Shown: in pieces, positions 36,396 to 45,867 of the stretch
Numbering within the stretch: the stretch's first letter is position 1
Layout of the letters: every line of letters begins with the position of its first letter
Assembly: GCA_019310425.1 (NCBI GenBank)
Contig: JAFDEI010000002.1
Span: forward strand, 3,101 to 67,100
Length of the DNA: 64,000 bases
Origin: Deltaproteobacteria bacterium
GTDB taxonomy: Bacteria > Myxococcota_A > UBA9160 > SMWR01
Direction: 5' to 3'
The notes under the pieces: model-generated
Told to the model about the DNA's origin: nothing
Seen by the model: the letters and a program-made list of their open reading frames with translations, nothing else
Databases searched by the model: none
Position numbers and translations under genes: made by a program

Positions 36396-38039
36396 ATGGC
36401 CACATCTCTGAACCGACTCGAACTTCGCGTCGAACGGCTTCGGTTGTCGGTGCGTTTCACCTACGCGTTCCACGCCCGAGAATTGCGCTTCGAGCGCGAC
36501 GAGGGTGACGGCTACGAAAGAATCTTCCCCGAGACCTTCTCTTTTCATGCGAACCGCCATGACCCCGCTGAGCTCTACCTCCAGCTCGAAGACCTCGCGA
36601 CCAAACCTCGCATGCTGTCACCGCAGGCGAACCGCCGCGACGCCGACGTATTGTTCTCACGCCTCGCGATCGCAATCCCGCGCTACCTCGAGGCGTTGCT
36701 GAACCGGCTGGAGGGAGAGGGTCGCATCGGAGAGGATGCGATGACGCGGGTATACGAGGACGTCGCGCTCTTTGTGCAGATCCTCATCCGTTTCCTTTCG
36801 AATCGAGAACTGGTCGAGGCGCGGGGAATGCAGATGGCCTTCCTGCATCTGCGAAAGCTGAGTTTTCGGTCGATGCTCGCACTCGTCGAGCGCCGTGTGT
36901 CGCCGCAATATCTCGACGACTTCGTCGCGGGCACCGTCGACCCCGTCAATCCGGCCGATGATCTGTCGGAAGCGGGTTTCTTCTACACCATGGAAAGCGG
37001 AGATTCCGATTCGGTGAACCGCTGCCTGATCCGCCTGGCGGAGCGAGCCTTCTACCGCTGGGTCGATGACATTTGCCTCGACGAGAGCAATCTCGCGTTC
37101 GAGGCCGCGGATTCGCCTTTCGACGACCGCGAGACCGAGGTGCGGCACGCAATCGCGCGCGCCGGTCGAACCCAGGTACGGCGTGCACGCGAACTCAGCC
37201 CGTTCCTGCGCCGACCCAAGAACCGCGACTGCATTCGCGTCGTCGAGAAGCTGGCCGGCTGGTTCCTGCGACAATACGACGTTTACCACGCCTCGGGAAT
37301 GATCCACCACGCGGACCGGATTTCGCGCGGAATCGTGGAGCCCGACCGAGTTCTCTCGCGCCACACCACCGCAAACTACATCACGACCGTACTGCTGCTC
37401 GCATCGCCGTTCATCGCAGCGATCTTCTGGTATCGTCGAGCGCCGATTTTCTTCGACATCGCTTGCGCGGTGGAGCTGGTCGTTGCGGTCGCGGGCACGG
37501 TGTGGTTTCTCGCCTATCGCTTCTGCTGGAAGCGCGACCTGACCTTCTTCCATGCTTCGGTGCCGCGCATCGCGGCGGGCATCATCGTCGGATATCTGCC
37601 GATCTTCTTCATCGACGAGGTCTGGGCGCTCGCCGCCCAGCCGTGGTTCGTGCTCGCGGGAGTCGCGCTATTGATGGGGTTCATGACGCTGCTCTATCTC
37701 TATATCGAAGTGCAGGGCCGCCTCGGCGACTCGAACGTCGCGTTCGCGCGCGCGCGGCAGATCTTCTGTCTGGGTGTATTACAGGCCTTCGGGGTCGGAC
37801 TGATCATCACCGGGCTGGTCGGCGGCTCGATGGCGCTACGGAACTGGGGTTCGGCCGACGATCTCGCCGAACTCGCGGCGGAGCTGCCCGCGTTCGCGGG
37901 CCAGCTTCCACAGATCATCGGCTTTGAGCCGTTCTACACCTTCCCACCCGCGGTGTTCATGATGACCTTCTTGTCGTTCTTCATCGGGACCTTTCTGCAG
38001 CTGATGTGGGAGGATATCCCGATCACACAGCCTCTCTGA
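36396..38039 (+). CDS. Uncharacterised polytopic membrane protein (about 330-aa soluble N-domain plus about 6 TM helices)
   Basis: ATG 36396 lies 8 nt after the REC-PAS stop. Hydrophobic segments include ITTVLLLASPFIAAIFWY, VELVVAVAGTVWFLAY, AAGIIVGYLPIFFI, FVLAGVALLMGFMTLLYLYI, CLGVLQAFGVGLIITGLVGG, AVFMMTFLSFFIGTFLQLMW. Confidence 0.55.
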   Translation: MATSLNRLELRVERLRLSVRFTYAFHARELRFERDEGDGYERIFPETFSFHANRHDPAELYLQLEDLATKPRMLSPQANRRDADVLFSRLAIAIPRYLEALLNRLEGEGRIGEDAMTRVYEDVALFVQILIRFLSNRELVEARGMQMAFLHLRKLSFRSMLALVERRVSPQYLDDFVAGTVDPVNPADDLSEAGFFYTMESGDSDSVNRCLIRLAERAFYRWVDDICLDESNLAFEAADSPFDDRETEVRHAIARAGRTQVRRARELSPFLRRPKNRDCIRVVEKLAGWFLRQYDVYHASGMIHHADRISRGIVEPDRVLSRHTTANYITTVLLLASPFIAAIFWYRRAPIFFDIACAVELVVAVAGTVWFLAYRFCWKRDLTFFHASVPRIAAGIIVGYLPIFFIDEVWALAAQPWFVLAGVALLMGFMTLLYLYIEVQGRLGDSNVAFARARQIFCLGVLQAFGVGLIITGLVGGSMALRNWGSADDLAELAAELPAFAGQLPQIIGFEPFYTFPPAVFMMTFLSFFIGTFLQLMWEDIPITQPL

Positions 38040-38242
38040 TCGCGGCAGGAGCGAATGCCACTGCGATTCGTCTGGGGCGTGAAGGGGCAGTTCCTGGTGG
38101 GCGTCCGCACAGGAGATGCCGGGTACCCGGAAGCGGTCAATTGGGTACATTCGGGCGCGCGAGAACGGGCGTTGGAGAACGGCAGGCCGCAGCATTCGCT
38201 GCCCGCCCCCGAACTCCCTCAAACCGAAGGGAATGAAGCGGA

Positions 38243-39088
38243 GTGGAGAAGCGCAAGATCGTGATCGTGGGGAGCGGACCGGCCGGCTACACGGCCGCCA
38301 TCTATGCCGCCCGTGCCGAGCTTTCACCGTTGTTGCTCGCGGGATTCCAGTTCGGCGGCCAGCTGATGCTCACCACCGATGTCGAGAACTATCCCGGCTT
38401 TCCAGAGGGCGTGACCGGGCCCGAGATGATGGATCTGTTCCAGAGCCAGGCGGAGCGCTTCGGGACCGAGGTCGTGAACGAAGACGTCAGCGAGATCGAC
38501 GTCAGAAAACGCCCGTTCATCGTGAAGACCGCCGAGCGAACCGTGGCCGCGGATGCGGTCATCATTTCGACCGGCGCCTCGGCGAAATGGCTCGGGCTCG
38601 AATCCGAGCAGCGTCTCCAGAACCGAGGCGTCTCTGCGTGTGCGACCTGCGATGGGGCGCTGTACCGCGGCAAGCCGATGGTGGTGATCGGTGGCGGTGA
38701 CACGGCGATGGAGGAAGCGCTGTTCCTGACTCGTTTCGCTACCAAGGTGACGGTGATCCATCGCCGCGACGAGCTGCGTGCGTCGAAGATCATGGCGGAA
38801 CGTGCGCTCGGGAACGAGAAGATCGAATTCGCGTGGAACTCCGAAATCGACGAGATCCTGGGTGAAGAATTCGTGACCGGCGTGCGTCTAAAGAACACGA
38901 AGACTGGCGATCCGAAGGAGATTGCGACGGATGCAGTGTTCCTCGCAATCGGCCACCAGCCGAATACCGCCTTTCTGGCCGGGAATCTCGAACTCGATGA
39001 TGTCGGTTACGTCAAGGTGGAGTCAGGGGCCGCCGGCAGTGGCTGCATGGCGGCGATCGACGCCGAACGCTGGCTTGCAGAGCAGTAG
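38243..39088 (+). CDS. trxB: Thioredoxin-disulfide reductase homologue lacking the C-terminal FAD (GD) motif segment
   Basis: GTG start. [16 protein letters not shown], redox centre CATCDG, and NADPH motif [10 protein letters not shown] are present. After GYVKVESG the protein jumps straight to [16 protein letters not shown]. Confidence 0.75.
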   Translation: MEKRKIVIVGSGPAGYTAAIYAARAELSPLLLAGFQFGGQLMLTTDVENYPGFPEGVTGPEMMDLFQSQAERFGTEVVNEDVSEIDVRKRPFIVKTAERTVAADAVIISTGASAKWLGLESEQRLQNRGVSACATCDGALYRGKPMVVIGGGDTAMEEALFLTRFATKVTVIHRRDELRASKIMAERALGNEKIEFAWNSEIDEILGEEFVTGVRLKNTKTGDPKEIATDAVFLAIGHQPNTAFLAGNLELDDVGYVKVESGAAGSGCMAAIDAERWLAEQ

Positions 39089-39139
39089 TCGGCGAGCCTC
39101 GGCGCCGCTGGGTGCGAGCGGAGATGTAGGGTAATTCGA

Positions 39140-40225
39140 ATGCCTCTCTCGAAAGAAAAACTCGAGAGCCTGATTGCGCGGACGCGGGACATCGTCGTCG
39201 GAACGGACGCCGACGGCAGGGTGACCTATTACAACGACGGTGCTACGCGCAGCCTCGGCTACACGCCGGACGAGGTTCTTGGTGAATTCGTCGGCCGCTT
39301 CTACCCCAGCCTCGACGAAGCCAAGAAAGTCATGCGGGCGATGCGCGATACAGGCCACGGCGGCAAGGGAATTGTCGAAACGTACAGGACCACGTTCCTG
39401 TCGAAGAGCAACGATGAGATCCCGGTCGCGATCTCGGGCACCATCAGCTACGACGACGCCGGCAACGAAGACGGCACCATCGGCTTCGCGAAAGACCTGC
39501 GAGAGATCCTTCGCAGGGACAAGTTGGTGACGCTCGGAGAAGTCGCAGTCGGCCTGTCGCACGAGATCAACAACCCGCTCGCGGTCGTGCTCAACCAGGT
39601 CGAGCTTCTGGAGCGCGAGGTCGTTGAGCTCGGGGGTGAGAAGGACACTTCGGTGGAGGTCGAGCGTCTCGACGCGATGCGCCGGGAAGTTGCACGCATC
39701 TCGGACATTCTCGCTCGGCTCGGCGCAATGGTCGAGCGGGAGCACTACGAAACGATCGACTATGTCGGTCCCGCGAAGATGATCGATCTGCGCAGTGAAC
39801 GTGAGAAGAACCCGGTCGCCGACCGCCGCCTCGACGGGGTGAGGATCCTGATCGCCGATGACGATCTCGGAATCTGCAGCACCCTGAGGGAATTGCTCAC
39901 CGCGGCGGGGTGCCGGGCGGAGACGGTAACCGACGGCGAGCAGGCGCTGCGTCGAATCGAAGCGTCCGAGTTCGACCTGGTGCTCACCGACGTCGTGATG
40001 CCGAAGATGGATGGTTACGAGCTCTATCAGGCCATCCGGAAGCGCCACCCGCGCTTGCCGGTGCTGATGATGACCGCGTTCCACTATGACAAGGACCACA
40101 TCATCAAACGCAGCCGCATGAAGGGCCTCGAAGGCGTGATCTTCAAGAAGCCGGTCGACCCCGATCGCCTGTGCCAGGCGATCTACGACTCGATCAAGGG
40201 CGGGGCGTCGCCCACTGCCCGCTAG
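39140..40225 (+). CDS. PAS-HisKA(DHp)-REC protein without a HATPase_c domain
   Basis: PAS (DIVVGTDADGRVTYYNDGATRSLGY), H-box (LSHEINNPLAVV) and REC (VRILIADDD...DLVLTDVVMPKMDG...KKP). Only about 60 aa separate the DHp helix pair from REC. Confidence 0.7.
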   Translation: MPLSKEKLESLIARTRDIVVGTDADGRVTYYNDGATRSLGYTPDEVLGEFVGRFYPSLDEAKKVMRAMRDTGHGGKGIVETYRTTFLSKSNDEIPVAISGTISYDDAGNEDGTIGFAKDLREILRRDKLVTLGEVAVGLSHEINNPLAVVLNQVELLEREVVELGGEKDTSVEVERLDAMRREVARISDILARLGAMVEREHYETIDYVGPAKMIDLRSEREKNPVADRRLDGVRILIADDDLGICSTLRELLTAAGCRAETVTDGEQALRRIEASEFDLVLTDVVMPKMDGYELYQAIRKRHPRLPVLMMTAFHYDKDHIIKRSRMKGLEGVIFKKPVDPDRLCQAIYDSIKGGASPTAR

Positions 40226-40920
40226 AGGATCGGTTCTTCGGCTTCGTGGGTCTGCAGCGGTGTGCGAGCGGCGCAGACGACTGTGACGGATCGGACACCA
40301 CGCTCCGCGAGGGCGTGCGCTGCGGCGGCGGCGGTACTGCCGGTGGTGACGACGTCGTCGACGAGCCACACACGCGTGATCCCGTCGAGATCTTCCCGCG
40401 CGCGAAACGCGCCCTCGACGTTGCGCCGTCGCGCACGTCGGTCGAGTCCGGTCTGGGAGGGGGTGTCGCGGATCCGGATCAGTACCGTGGGGTCGTGGCG
40501 GAGGCCCATGTCACGTGACAGCGCCCCGGCGAGCAGCGCGGCGGGGTTGAAGCCGCGTGCGCGCAACCGGCGCGCGTGCAGGGCGACCGGGATTACCAGC
40601 TCGGGGCGCTCTCCCGCCGTGCGCTCGGCAGCTTCGAGAATCCACGCGCGCAGCACGCTCTGCGCGGCCGGGTCGAGGCCCGCGAAGCCCCGTTTCGGGT
40701 ACTTGAAACGCCGCATCCAGTCGCTTACGGCACCCTCGTAGGAGGTCGCTGTCACGCACTCGACCGAGGCGGGTAGCAGCGGAGGTGCCTCACCGCGAAA
40801 GCGCGGCAACGCGCGGTCACAGGGCGCGCAGAGAGACCGTCCGGGCTCGACCGCCTGCGCGCAGGCTGCGCAGATCGCGGGCAGCAGCAACTCGAACAAG
40901 CCGCGCAGCGGCGCGCGCAT
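40222..40920 (-). CDS. comF: ComF-family phosphoribosyltransferase-fold protein
   Basis: Start ATG 40920 (MRAPLRGLFELLLPAICAACAQ...). N-terminal Cys-rich zinc-finger-like motif and PRTase motif VWLVDDVVTTGST. Confidence 0.75.
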   Translation of the reverse strand: MRAPLRGLFELLLPAICAACAQAVEPGRSLCAPCDRALPRFRGEAPPLLPASVECVTATSYEGAVSDWMRRFKYPKRGFAGLDPAAQSVLRAWILEAAERTAGERPELVIPVALHARRLRARGFNPAALLAGALSRDMGLRHDPTVLIRIRDTPSQTGLDRRARRRNVEGAFRAREDLDGITRVWLVDDVVTTGSTAAAAAHALAERGVRSVTVVCAARTPLQTHEAEEPIL

Positions 40921-40934
40921 GGCACTCCAATGGG

Positions 40935-42467
40935 CTAGCCGGGGACGATCAGCGAACGTCCCGTCATGGTCTCGGGCGCGGGGAGCCCGAGCAGGTCCAG
41001 GACCGTCGGTGCAAGATCTGCGAGCCCGCCGTCGCGAAGCTCGCGCCCGCCCCGGTCGGGAGCGAGCCAGTAGACCGGAACCGGATTCGTGGTGTGGGCG
41101 GTGTGGGGGCCACCGGTCTTGGGATCGACCATCAGCTCGCAATTGCCGTGGTCGGCGGTGACGATCATGTTGCCGCCGCGTTCGAGGATCGCGCCTGCGA
41201 CTCGTTGAAGGCAACCGTCGATCGTTTCGACCGCCTTCACCGCGGCGTCGAGAACACCCGTGTGACCGACCATGTCGGGATTCGCGAAGTTGAGCAGGAT
41301 GAAGTCGTAGTCTTCTTCCGCGACGCAGGCAAGCAGCTTCTCGGTGACCTGCTGTGCGTTCATTTCGGGCTTGTGGTCGTAGGTCGCGACATCCCTCGGT
41401 GACGGGATCAACACGCGATCCTCGCCGCGGAAAGGTGTTTCGACCCCGCTGTTGAAGAAGAAGGTCACGTGTGCGTATTTTTCGGTCTCGGCGATACGCA
41501 GCTGAGAGAGTCCGGCCTGTGCGATGACCTCGCCGAGGATCTGGCGGGCGGGCCGCGACGGGAAGGCGACCTCCAGGCCGAAGTCCGCGTCGTACTCGGT
41601 AAAGCAGACGAAGGAGGAGACGTCGACTGCGGGTGTGCGATCGAATTGTCCCGCATAGGCCGCGGGCTTCACTGCTGTGATGGCGTTGGTGAGTTCGCGC
41701 GCGCGATCGGCTCGGAAGTTGAAGAAGATGACCGAATCGCCGTCCGCGAGTGCGGCTCCACCGTCGATCACGGTCGGCTTCACGAACTCGTCGCCGTCGC
41801 CCCGTTCGTAGCTTTGCTTCACCGCAGTCGCGGCATCGGGGGCCGCCAGGCCTTCGCGCGCCACGATTGCGCGGTAGGCCGCCCCGACCCGGTTCCAGCG
41901 GGCGTCGCGATCCATCGCGTAGTAGCGCCCGATCACGGTTGCGACATGCCCGCCGCAGCGCTCGATGCTTGGCAGCAGCGCATGTACGAATTCTTCGCCG
42001 GAGCGGGGCGGTGTGTCCCGCCCGTCGAGAAAGAGGTGTAGCGCGGGTCGAATTTCGCGCTCACGGCAGAGGTCGAGCAGTGCCTCGAGGTGGTCGACGT
42101 GGCTGTGCACGCCGCCGTCGGAGAGCAGGCCCATCAAGTGAAGGACTCCACCCGCGTCCGTGGCGGCGAACGCGCCCTCGAGTGGACGATTGGTCGTGAA
42201 CTCACCACGCTCGATGGCATGGTTGATCCGCGTCATGTCTTGTTCGATGACGCGGCCCGCGCCCATCGTCATGTGACCGACCTCGGAGTTTCCCATCTGG
42301 CCCGGCGGCAAGCCGACGGCCTCGCCCGAAGTTTCCAGGCGTGCGCTCGCGTGCCGCTCGCGGATTTCCGCGAAGAACGGCGTGTGGGCGATCGCGGTGG
42401 CGTCGGCGGAGCCGCCGTCGCCGAGGCCGAAACCATCGAGCACGATCAGCGCGACGGGTGACGTCAC
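40935..42467 (-). CDS. gpmI: 2,3-bisphosphoglycerate-independent phosphoglycerate mutase
   Basis: 510 aa. LIVLDGFG, GNSEVGH, DGGVHSH, ADHGN. Confidence 0.9.
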   Translation of the reverse strand: MTSPVALIVLDGFGLGDGGSADATAIAHTPFFAEIRERHASARLETSGEAVGLPPGQMGNSEVGHMTMGAGRVIEQDMTRINHAIERGEFTTNRPLEGAFAATDAGGVLHLMGLLSDGGVHSHVDHLEALLDLCREREIRPALHLFLDGRDTPPRSGEEFVHALLPSIERCGGHVATVIGRYYAMDRDARWNRVGAAYRAIVAREGLAAPDAATAVKQSYERGDGDEFVKPTVIDGGAALADGDSVIFFNFRADRARELTNAITAVKPAAYAGQFDRTPAVDVSSFVCFTEYDADFGLEVAFPSRPARQILGEVIAQAGLSQLRIAETEKYAHVTFFFNSGVETPFRGEDRVLIPSPRDVATYDHKPEMNAQQVTEKLLACVAEEDYDFILLNFANPDMVGHTGVLDAAVKAVETIDGCLQRVAGAILERGGNMIVTADHGNCELMVDPKTGGPHTAHTTNPVPVYWLAPDRGGRELRDGGLADLAPTVLDLLGLPAPETMTGRSLIVPG

Positions 42468-42841
42468 TGCACGGCGGCCCGATTGGAGTCGACAGCGATG
42501 TCAATCAATGGTGCATCGCTCCAGAGTCGTTCGAGGTCGTATTCCGCTCGAACGTCTTCCAGGAAGACGTGGACGATCAACTCATCGAGATCGATCAGCA
42601 CCCAACGACCCTCTTGGTAACCCTCGACGCCCGCCGGCTTCCGGCCGATGCCGGCGACGGCCTTCACGATCGAATCGGTGATCGCACGCGCACGTCGGTC
42701 CGACGTCGCAGTGGCGATCAAGAAGGTATCTGCGAAGGCGGTCAGCGCGCGCATGTCGAGTGCGACGATGTCTTCGGCTTTCAGGTCGGTGGCACCTTCG
42801 ACGGCCGCATCGAGGACCGGACGACTCGTGTTCTCACTCAT
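42464..42841 (-). CDS. rsfS: Ribosomal silencing factor RsfS
   Basis: Start ATG 42841. LKAEDIVALDMRALTAFADTFLIATATSDRRARAI...WVLIDLDELIVHVF. Confidence 0.85.
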   Translation of the reverse strand: MSENTSRPVLDAAVEGATDLKAEDIVALDMRALTAFADTFLIATATSDRRARAITDSIVKAVAGIGRKPAGVEGYQEGRWVLIDLDELIVHVFLEDVRAEYDLERLWSDAPLIDIAVDSNRAAVQ

Positions 42842-43530
42842 GTAGACTGCTCGTTTCTCGCGGAGGCACGATATGCGCCGCTGCAGGTGATGGCGGTGTG
42901 GGCACCGCTCGGGATCAAATAGCGCACCGAGCGCCCCTCGCGCAGGCGCGCGCGAATGTCTGAGGATGAAATGTCGAGTCGGGAAATCTCGATCAACCGG
43001 ATCCAGGTGCCGGCGGTCCGATGCCGGCCCGACAGCCCATCCGCTGCGATCTCGACGCTGTCGCGGTAGATCGCAGGTAGCCATTCGGAGAGTGAGGGTC
43101 GAGTCACGGGGGGCCGGGTCGTCACGGCAAAGTGCGCCAGCGTGAGCAGCTTATCGGGTTCTCGCCAGCTGCCGAGCTCGACGAAAGCATCGTGTCCGAT
43201 GATGAAAACAGGCAGTGCCGGCGCGATCTTGCCGCCGATGCTGCGTAATGTCTCGATTGCGAATGAGGCTCCGCCACGCTCGACCTCGATCGCGTCCACA
43301 TCGAAGCGCGGGTTGTCCGCGATTGCGCTGCGCACCCAGGCCAGTCGTTCCTCGGCGGGCGCGATCGGATCGTGTTCGCTCGCGTGCTTGTGCGGCGGCT
43401 CGGCGCTGGGCACGAAAGTGACGCGATCGAGCCCGAGGTTCTCTGCGACCTCTTCGGCGGCGCGGAGGTGGCCGACGTGGATGGGATTGAAGGTGCCCCC
43501 GTAGATTCCCACCCCGGAGTTGCGGGTCAT
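42838..43530 (-). CDS. nadD: Nicotinate-nucleotide adenylyltransferase
   Basis: GIYGGTFNPIHVGHL and ISSSDIR motifs. Confidence 0.85.
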   Translation of the reverse strand: MTRNSGVGIYGGTFNPIHVGHLRAAEEVAENLGLDRVTFVPSAEPPHKHASEHDPIAPAEERLAWVRSAIADNPRFDVDAIEVERGGASFAIETLRSIGGKIAPALPVFIIGHDAFVELGSWREPDKLLTLAHFAVTTRPPVTRPSLSEWLPAIYRDSVEIAADGLSGRHRTAGTWIRLIEISRLDISSSDIRARLREGRSVRYLIPSGAHTAITCSGAYRASARNEQST

Positions 43531-44783
43531 TCGCGAAGCTGGCCTTCACCCCGAAGCACGAACTTGAGGGTGGTGAGCCCCTCGAGACCCATTGGTCCGT
43601 AGGCGTGGAGTTTCGAGGTAGAGATGCCGATCTCGGCACCGAGCCCGAGCCGATAGCCGTCAGCGAACGCGGTCGAGCAGTTCGCGCCCACCGTCGACGA
43701 GTTCACGCGGCGCAGGAATTCTTCCGCCTTCCCGTAGTTCTGGGTGATGATGACTTCGGTGTGGTCCGACCCGTAGCTGCGGATGTGCTTCACGGCGGCG
43801 TCCAAGTCGGGCACGATGAGGACGGCGAGGATCGGTGCGAGGTATTCCTCGGCCCAGTCGCTCGCTCTCGCGGGCACGGCGTCGCCGAAGATCTCGCAGA
43901 CGCGAGCGTCGCCGCGAATTTCGACGCCCTCCTCGTGAAGCGCTTTGAGGACGCCCGGCAACACCGTCGTCGTCGCATCGGTGTGAACGATCAGGGTCTC
44001 GAGCCCGTTGCAGACTTCCATCTGCGACAGCTTCGAGTCCAGGACGATATCGCGCGCCATGTCGGGGTCGGCGCTTGCATCGATGAAGATGTGGCAGACA
44101 CCGGCATCATGTTTGATTACCGGAATGCGTGAGGTCTCGCTGACCTTGCGGATCAGTCCCGGCCCGCCGCGGGGGATGATGAGGTCGATATAGGCGTCTT
44201 GCCGGACCAGGTGGTCGATCGCCTCGCGGTCGGTCTGCGGCACGATCTGGATCGCATCCTCGGGCACGTCGGTTTCGCGAGCCGCGGCGCGCAGTTCGAA
44301 GGCGAGCGCGAGATTCGAGTGGATGGCCTCGGATCCACCGCGCAGGATCACGGCGTTGCCGGATTTGATGCACAGCGCTGCGGCGTCGACGGTCACGTTG
44401 GGCCGGGACTCGTAGATGATGCCGATCACGCCGAGCGGAATACGCATGCGCCCGACTCGCAGCCCGTTGGGTCGCACCTGGGTGTTCTCGATGCGTCCAA
44501 CCGGATCGGGCAGGGCTGCGACATCCCTCAGCCCGGCGATCATGTCGCTCCACTTGGCGTCGGCAAGTTCGAGCCGCTTGAGCATCGGGGCGGCGATGCC
44601 CTTCGCTTCGGCTTGCTCGAGGTCGCGCGCGTTCTCGGCCTGGATGCGTGACTTCGCGGCCTCGAGACGCTCGGCCGCGCGAATCAGCCATGCGTCCTTC
44701 TGGCGCGTCGAGAGTTCGCCCAAGCGCTCGGCCGCCGCGCTGGCACGGCGGGCCATGTCATGAATCTGTTCCTCGAGGTCCAT
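43527..44783 (-). CDS. proA: Glutamate-5-semialdehyde dehydrogenase
   Basis: 418 aa, full-length ProA-like (IYESRPNVT, CNGLETL, STVGANCST). Confidence 0.9.
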   Translation of the reverse strand: MDLEEQIHDMARRASAAAERLGELSTRQKDAWLIRAAERLEAAKSRIQAENARDLEQAEAKGIAAPMLKRLELADAKWSDMIAGLRDVAALPDPVGRIENTQVRPNGLRVGRMRIPLGVIGIIYESRPNVTVDAAALCIKSGNAVILRGGSEAIHSNLALAFELRAAARETDVPEDAIQIVPQTDREAIDHLVRQDAYIDLIIPRGGPGLIRKVSETSRIPVIKHDAGVCHIFIDASADPDMARDIVLDSKLSQMEVCNGLETLIVHTDATTTVLPGVLKALHEEGVEIRGDARVCEIFGDAVPARASDWAEEYLAPILAVLIVPDLDAAVKHIRSYGSDHTEVIITQNYGKAEEFLRRVNSSTVGANCSTAFADGYRLGLGAEIGISTSKLHAYGPMGLEGLTTLKFVLRGEGQLRE

Positions 44784-44802
44784 GGGGTCTCGTTGCCGCC
44801 TG

Positions 44803-45867
44803 TTACGGCGTCGTTTCGTCCCTCAACACGACGAGGTCGTCGCGGTGGATCACCTCGTCGCCGTTCGAATATCCTAGCATCTGCTGGATCCCGGACGTTG
44901 CCTGGCCCGCGATGCGAGTGAGATCGTCGGACGAGTACGAGCTGAGTCCTCGCGCGATCTCGCGGCCGCTCGGGTCGAGACAGCTGATGGCATCGCCGAT
45001 CCCGAAGCGGCCCCGAACCGCGGTGATGCCGGCCGGCAGCAGGCTCTTGCCGCCGTCCTCGACCGCGTGAACCGCGCCGGCGTCGAGGCTGACCTCGCCG
45101 CGCGTTCGCGTCGTGCCATTGCACAGTACCGTCGCGGCACCACCGCGGGCTGCGACCTGTGCGGCTTCGAGTTTCGTCGTCATTCCGCCGCGCCCGATCC
45201 CGCTCGTCGAGCCCTGGGCGGCGCGCTGAATCTCGGGCGTCACCTGGTCTACCACCTCGAACCGGTGGGGTTCGGGGGCGCCCTCACGCGGAGGTTCGGC
45301 GTAGAGGCCGTCGACGTCGGTCAGGACGATCAACAGATCGGCCGCGACGAGATTCACGACCGTTGCCGAGAGATTGTCGTTGTCGCCGAAGCGGATCTCG
45401 TCGGTTGCGACCGTGTCGTTCTCGTTCACGATCGGAATGACGCCGTTGCGAAGCAGGGTCCCCAGGGTGTGGCGCGCGTTCAAGAAGCGCTCGTGATCCT
45501 CGAGCCCGCTGCGCGTCAAGAGAATCTGCGCAACCTGCCGGCCGAAGTGTGCGAAGTGCTGTTTGTACAAGCCGGTGAGCCCGATCTGACCGACAGCGGC
45601 CGCCGCCTGCTTCTCGGGGATCGACTCACTCGGGATGTCCCAGCCGAGGTCGCGGTTTCCGATGGCAATGGCGCCCGACGACACCAGTACGACGTCACGG
45701 CCGGAGTCCGCGAGTTCGGAGATCTGCCGAGCAATATCTGCGAAGGCCTCATCGGCGATGCCGCCATTCGCGGCCAGGATCGCGCTGCCGACCTTCACGA
45801 CGATGCGGCGCGCCTTCGCGATTTCGGCGAAGGCATCGTCGCGCGACTGCCGGCTCAGCTCCCGCAC
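44803..45867 (-). CDS. proB: Glutamate 5-kinase (kinase + PUA domains), apparently with a shortened inter-domain segment
   Basis: VVKVGSAIL, VSSGAIA, NENDTVA, GIGRGGMTTKLEAA, and a PUA part (GKSLLPAGI...HRDDLVV). Confidence 0.85.
   Translation of the reverse strand: MRELSRQSRDDAFAEIAKARRIVVKVGSAILAANGGIADEAFADIARQISELADSGRDVVLVSSGAIAIGNRDLGWDIPSESIPEKQAAAAVGQIGLTGLYKQHFAHFGRQVAQILLTRSGLEDHERFLNARHTLGTLLRNGVIPIVNENDTVATDEIRFGDNDNLSATVVNLVAADLLIVLTDVDGLYAEPPREGAPEPHRFEVVDQVTPEIQRAAQGSTSGIGRGGMTTKLEAAQVAARGGAATVLCNGTTRTRGEVSLDAGAVHAVEDGGKSLLPAGITAVRGRFGIGDAISCLDPSGREIARGLSSYSSDDLTRIAGQATSGIQQMLGYSNGDEVIHRDDLVVLRDETTP

Noticed and set aside
40222-40225. A 4-nt overlap (CTAG) of the convergent stop codons of the PAS-HisKA-REC gene and comF.
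   Set aside because: It is real in the sequence but a common consequence of genome compaction. There is no evidence of functional significance.
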